Below are positions 61,933-64,000 of a DNA stretch of 64,000 bases, piece after piece. The notes beneath the pieces are model-generated. The model had not been told where the DNA came from. It saw only the letters and a list, made by a program, of their open reading frames with translations, and did not search any database. The position numbers and the translations under genes were made by a program. Within the stretch, counting starts at the first letter, position 1, and the number at the start of each line of letters is the position of its first letter. The stretch spans positions 21,142,001 to 21,206,000 of the forward strand of contig OZ260661.1 of assembly GCA_965285935.1 (NCBI GenBank), given 5' to 3'. The DNA comes from Ophelia neglecta (lineage: Eukaryota).

Positions 61933-62219
61933 GGGACGGACCATTAGATATCTAGGGGGGGGGCCAGAGAACTTGGCTCTAGTTAGGAAATTTTTTTTCA
62001 TGAATAAAGTTGACAGAAAAATTTTTTTCACCACAGAATCCGCCAGATTATTTTTTTCCTCTATATAATATATTTTTTTACTTAAAAATAATAGGCAGAT
62101 TATTTTTTTTTATGTATTTTTCTGGCAGATTATTTATTTTTGAGAAAATCAAAGCCAGAAAATTTATTTTCATTTTTTTCTGGCCCCCCCCCCCCCCTAG
62201 ATATCTAATGGTCCGTCCC
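61933..62219. mobile_element. PIF/Harbinger MITE, copy 3
   Basis: Same TIR and TTA TSD; it interrupts the piggyBac transposase. Confidence 0.92.
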
Positions 62220-63204
62220 TTAATGGCCAAAAAGGCACACATTTCCTTATAGGTGGTGTCTTCCCAAAAAGTATCCGGATGCATGGCAATTTCTTGCATA
62301 GCATAGCGATTAGTTTCTGTTACTAATTTTGAATCAAGGCAGGTTTCAGCAAGAGATGAAAAAAATCTAATTCAGACACGCAATATTCCCCCAAATGACA
62401 AGGCCCAGTATTTTCAGTAAAATTTGGAATTTCGAAATTTGGCCGAGAAATGAAGTTCCGGTACCCCCTCCCTTTCGTCCTCTGAACTGTCTATATCATC
62501 TGAATCAACATCACTAACTTCAATATCCGAGATGTTGACATTGTTGTCAAGCAGGTAGTTGTCAGAATACCTCCCACCCCTACCCATTTCAGATTTGGTA
62601 AATCCCTCAAATTCACTATCACTGGAATCGTCCATTTTGCTCACGGTGGCGCTAACAATAGTCCGTTAAATGCAATTGACAACTTTAAAGAAAAAACAGT
62701 ATTATTGCTTGAAACTTGCCTCGAAAACGTCCGAATTTTACCAAAACGCCGGCAAAGTCAATGGCTGTCATTCAGCCGGTACTAGTCCGCAGCAAACACA
62801 AAGGAATTTTGTGATTGGCTGAAAATGCCAGCGTTTTTCTGCATGCTGCTGAATGTGGGCGTCATGGTAGTGTACCGTGACGCATACAAGGGCGATGCGT
62901 TAGTATGCGATGTTAGTATAATTTCATGCCTTCCAGATGTTTGAAACCTTCGCCACTGAAACGAACAGCCTTGCGTTCAGTAAACGCAAATGTTGGCCTA
63001 TCACAGTTTCCGATACACATCTCTTTATTGAACAAATCACGAATGTTTGCTACTAGGCCCCGCCCACAAGATAACAGAACATGTGCTCACCCGTCCGCCA
63101 TTTTGGTTTTCTTGGCGCACCGCCTTCAAATACGTTTGCGATTGGTTGCAGATATGCTGCTCAGTTCCGGGCCTCACAACCGGCTAGGTCGCAGCATTCT
63201 CGGC

Positions 63205-64000
63205 TAGGTTTGTGGAGAGAAACAACAGCAAAGGAAATGCAAAGCTTCCTTGCGATGATTGTTGGGATGGGACTTACTGTCCAGGAAGATATTTCAGATT
63301 ATTTTTCAACAGATGAGGTTCTCCAGACACCATTTTTCCCCAGCGTAATGTCCAGAGATTTTACAATCTGTTGTCATTCTTCCACCTAAGTGACACCACC
63401 CAGTATGTGCCAAGAGGACAAGATGGCTACAATCAGCTTCAGAAGTTGGAAACACCGTACAGAGATATTTTGAGGAAATTTGGAGAAGCGTGTTACCCAC
63501 AGGAGGCTGTCAGTCTTGAAGAGGGTATGGTATCATTTCGTGGAAATGTGAGTCAACACCTGGGACATAAACTCTCTTAGAGCAATCTCTCCCCCCAAAC
63601 CAGCAGCTGGGGCATGCCATGTTACATTGTTCAGTTCATAATGGAAAAGTGTATACCAATTAAATTTTCAAAATATTTACAGAAAATGCCTGTACTGAAG
63701 GCGTTGTGTTTTCTACAATCATTAACTGGTGAAAATCGGTTTATTTTTATTGAAACTTTCGTATAAAATTTATAAATTCATATAGTAGAATTACAGTCAT
63801 ACCAAGCAATAATGCTTCTTTAATCCTCCTGCAGATTCACTTCAAAACATACAACCCGGACAAGCCAGAAAAATACGGCCTTAAGTGCTACCAGGTGTGT
63901 GACAGCATGAATGGCTACTGCTGCAAACTCGAAATGTACACAGGAAAAGTATCCAATGACCAAGAACAACCAATGACAGGGAAGACATATGAACTGGTTT
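63205..64000 (+). pseudogene. Third piggyBac transposase fragment (intron 63548-63834), running off the window
   Basis: TTAKEMQSFLAMIVGMG..DYFSTD..MSRD, a frameshift, then FFHLSD..VSLEEGMVSFRGN|IHFKTYNPDKPEKYGLKCYQVCDS.NGY. The first catalytic D position reads E. Confidence 0.8.

Larger units (their letters stand above)
56375..62644 (-). pseudogene. Decayed intron-containing piggyBac transposase, interrupted by a MITE, a LINE tail and Ngaro
   Basis: MSKMDDSSDSEFEGF...EMCAFLAI|MITE|NIML..YWSSNPMLG, then an intron at ~61741-61864, then SIDEAMV..KPTKWGFK..YFDNVFTS..ACGTVR. It resumes left of 56486 as ANRAGLPADTKQPPHLGRGEIIKRQQGSLVSAVWQ. Confidence 0.85.

Overview
This is AT-rich animal DNA with spliceosomal GT-AG introns. 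Pearl/HINE-type repeats suggest a lophotrochozoan such as a mollusc (inference). The window is almost entirely nested transposable elements, with no clear host housekeeping gene, and most ORFs in the supplied track are spurious or single exons. The centrepiece is a ~20.8-kb tyrosine-recombinase DNA transposon (Crypton, CryptonV-like; 8940-29767). It carries a 14-exon, apparently intact ~1149-aa gene encoding a PWWP/Tudor-like domain, Zn fingers, a tyrosine recombinase and a Myb-like tail. Its ends are att-like, it has arrays of a GTGGGACT motif, and it sits in the GACA/GACG microsatellite of a pearl/HINE element, which itself splits a Penelope-like element. Inside it is an aberrant Gypsy integrant with two outward-facing U5 ends, where one LTR copy keeps an intron and the other is precisely spliced. 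The rest of the window holds: a MULE with a 9-bp TSD; PIF/Harbinger remnants with Myb/SANT genes; a tandem micro-exon array; a Penelope-like element with an OTU-protease domain and a hammerhead ribozyme; three piggyBacs; three copies of a TTA MITE; and an Ngaro-type DIRS element inside a LINE tail inside a piggyBac. All calls come from reading and hand-translating the sequence; no database searches were run.
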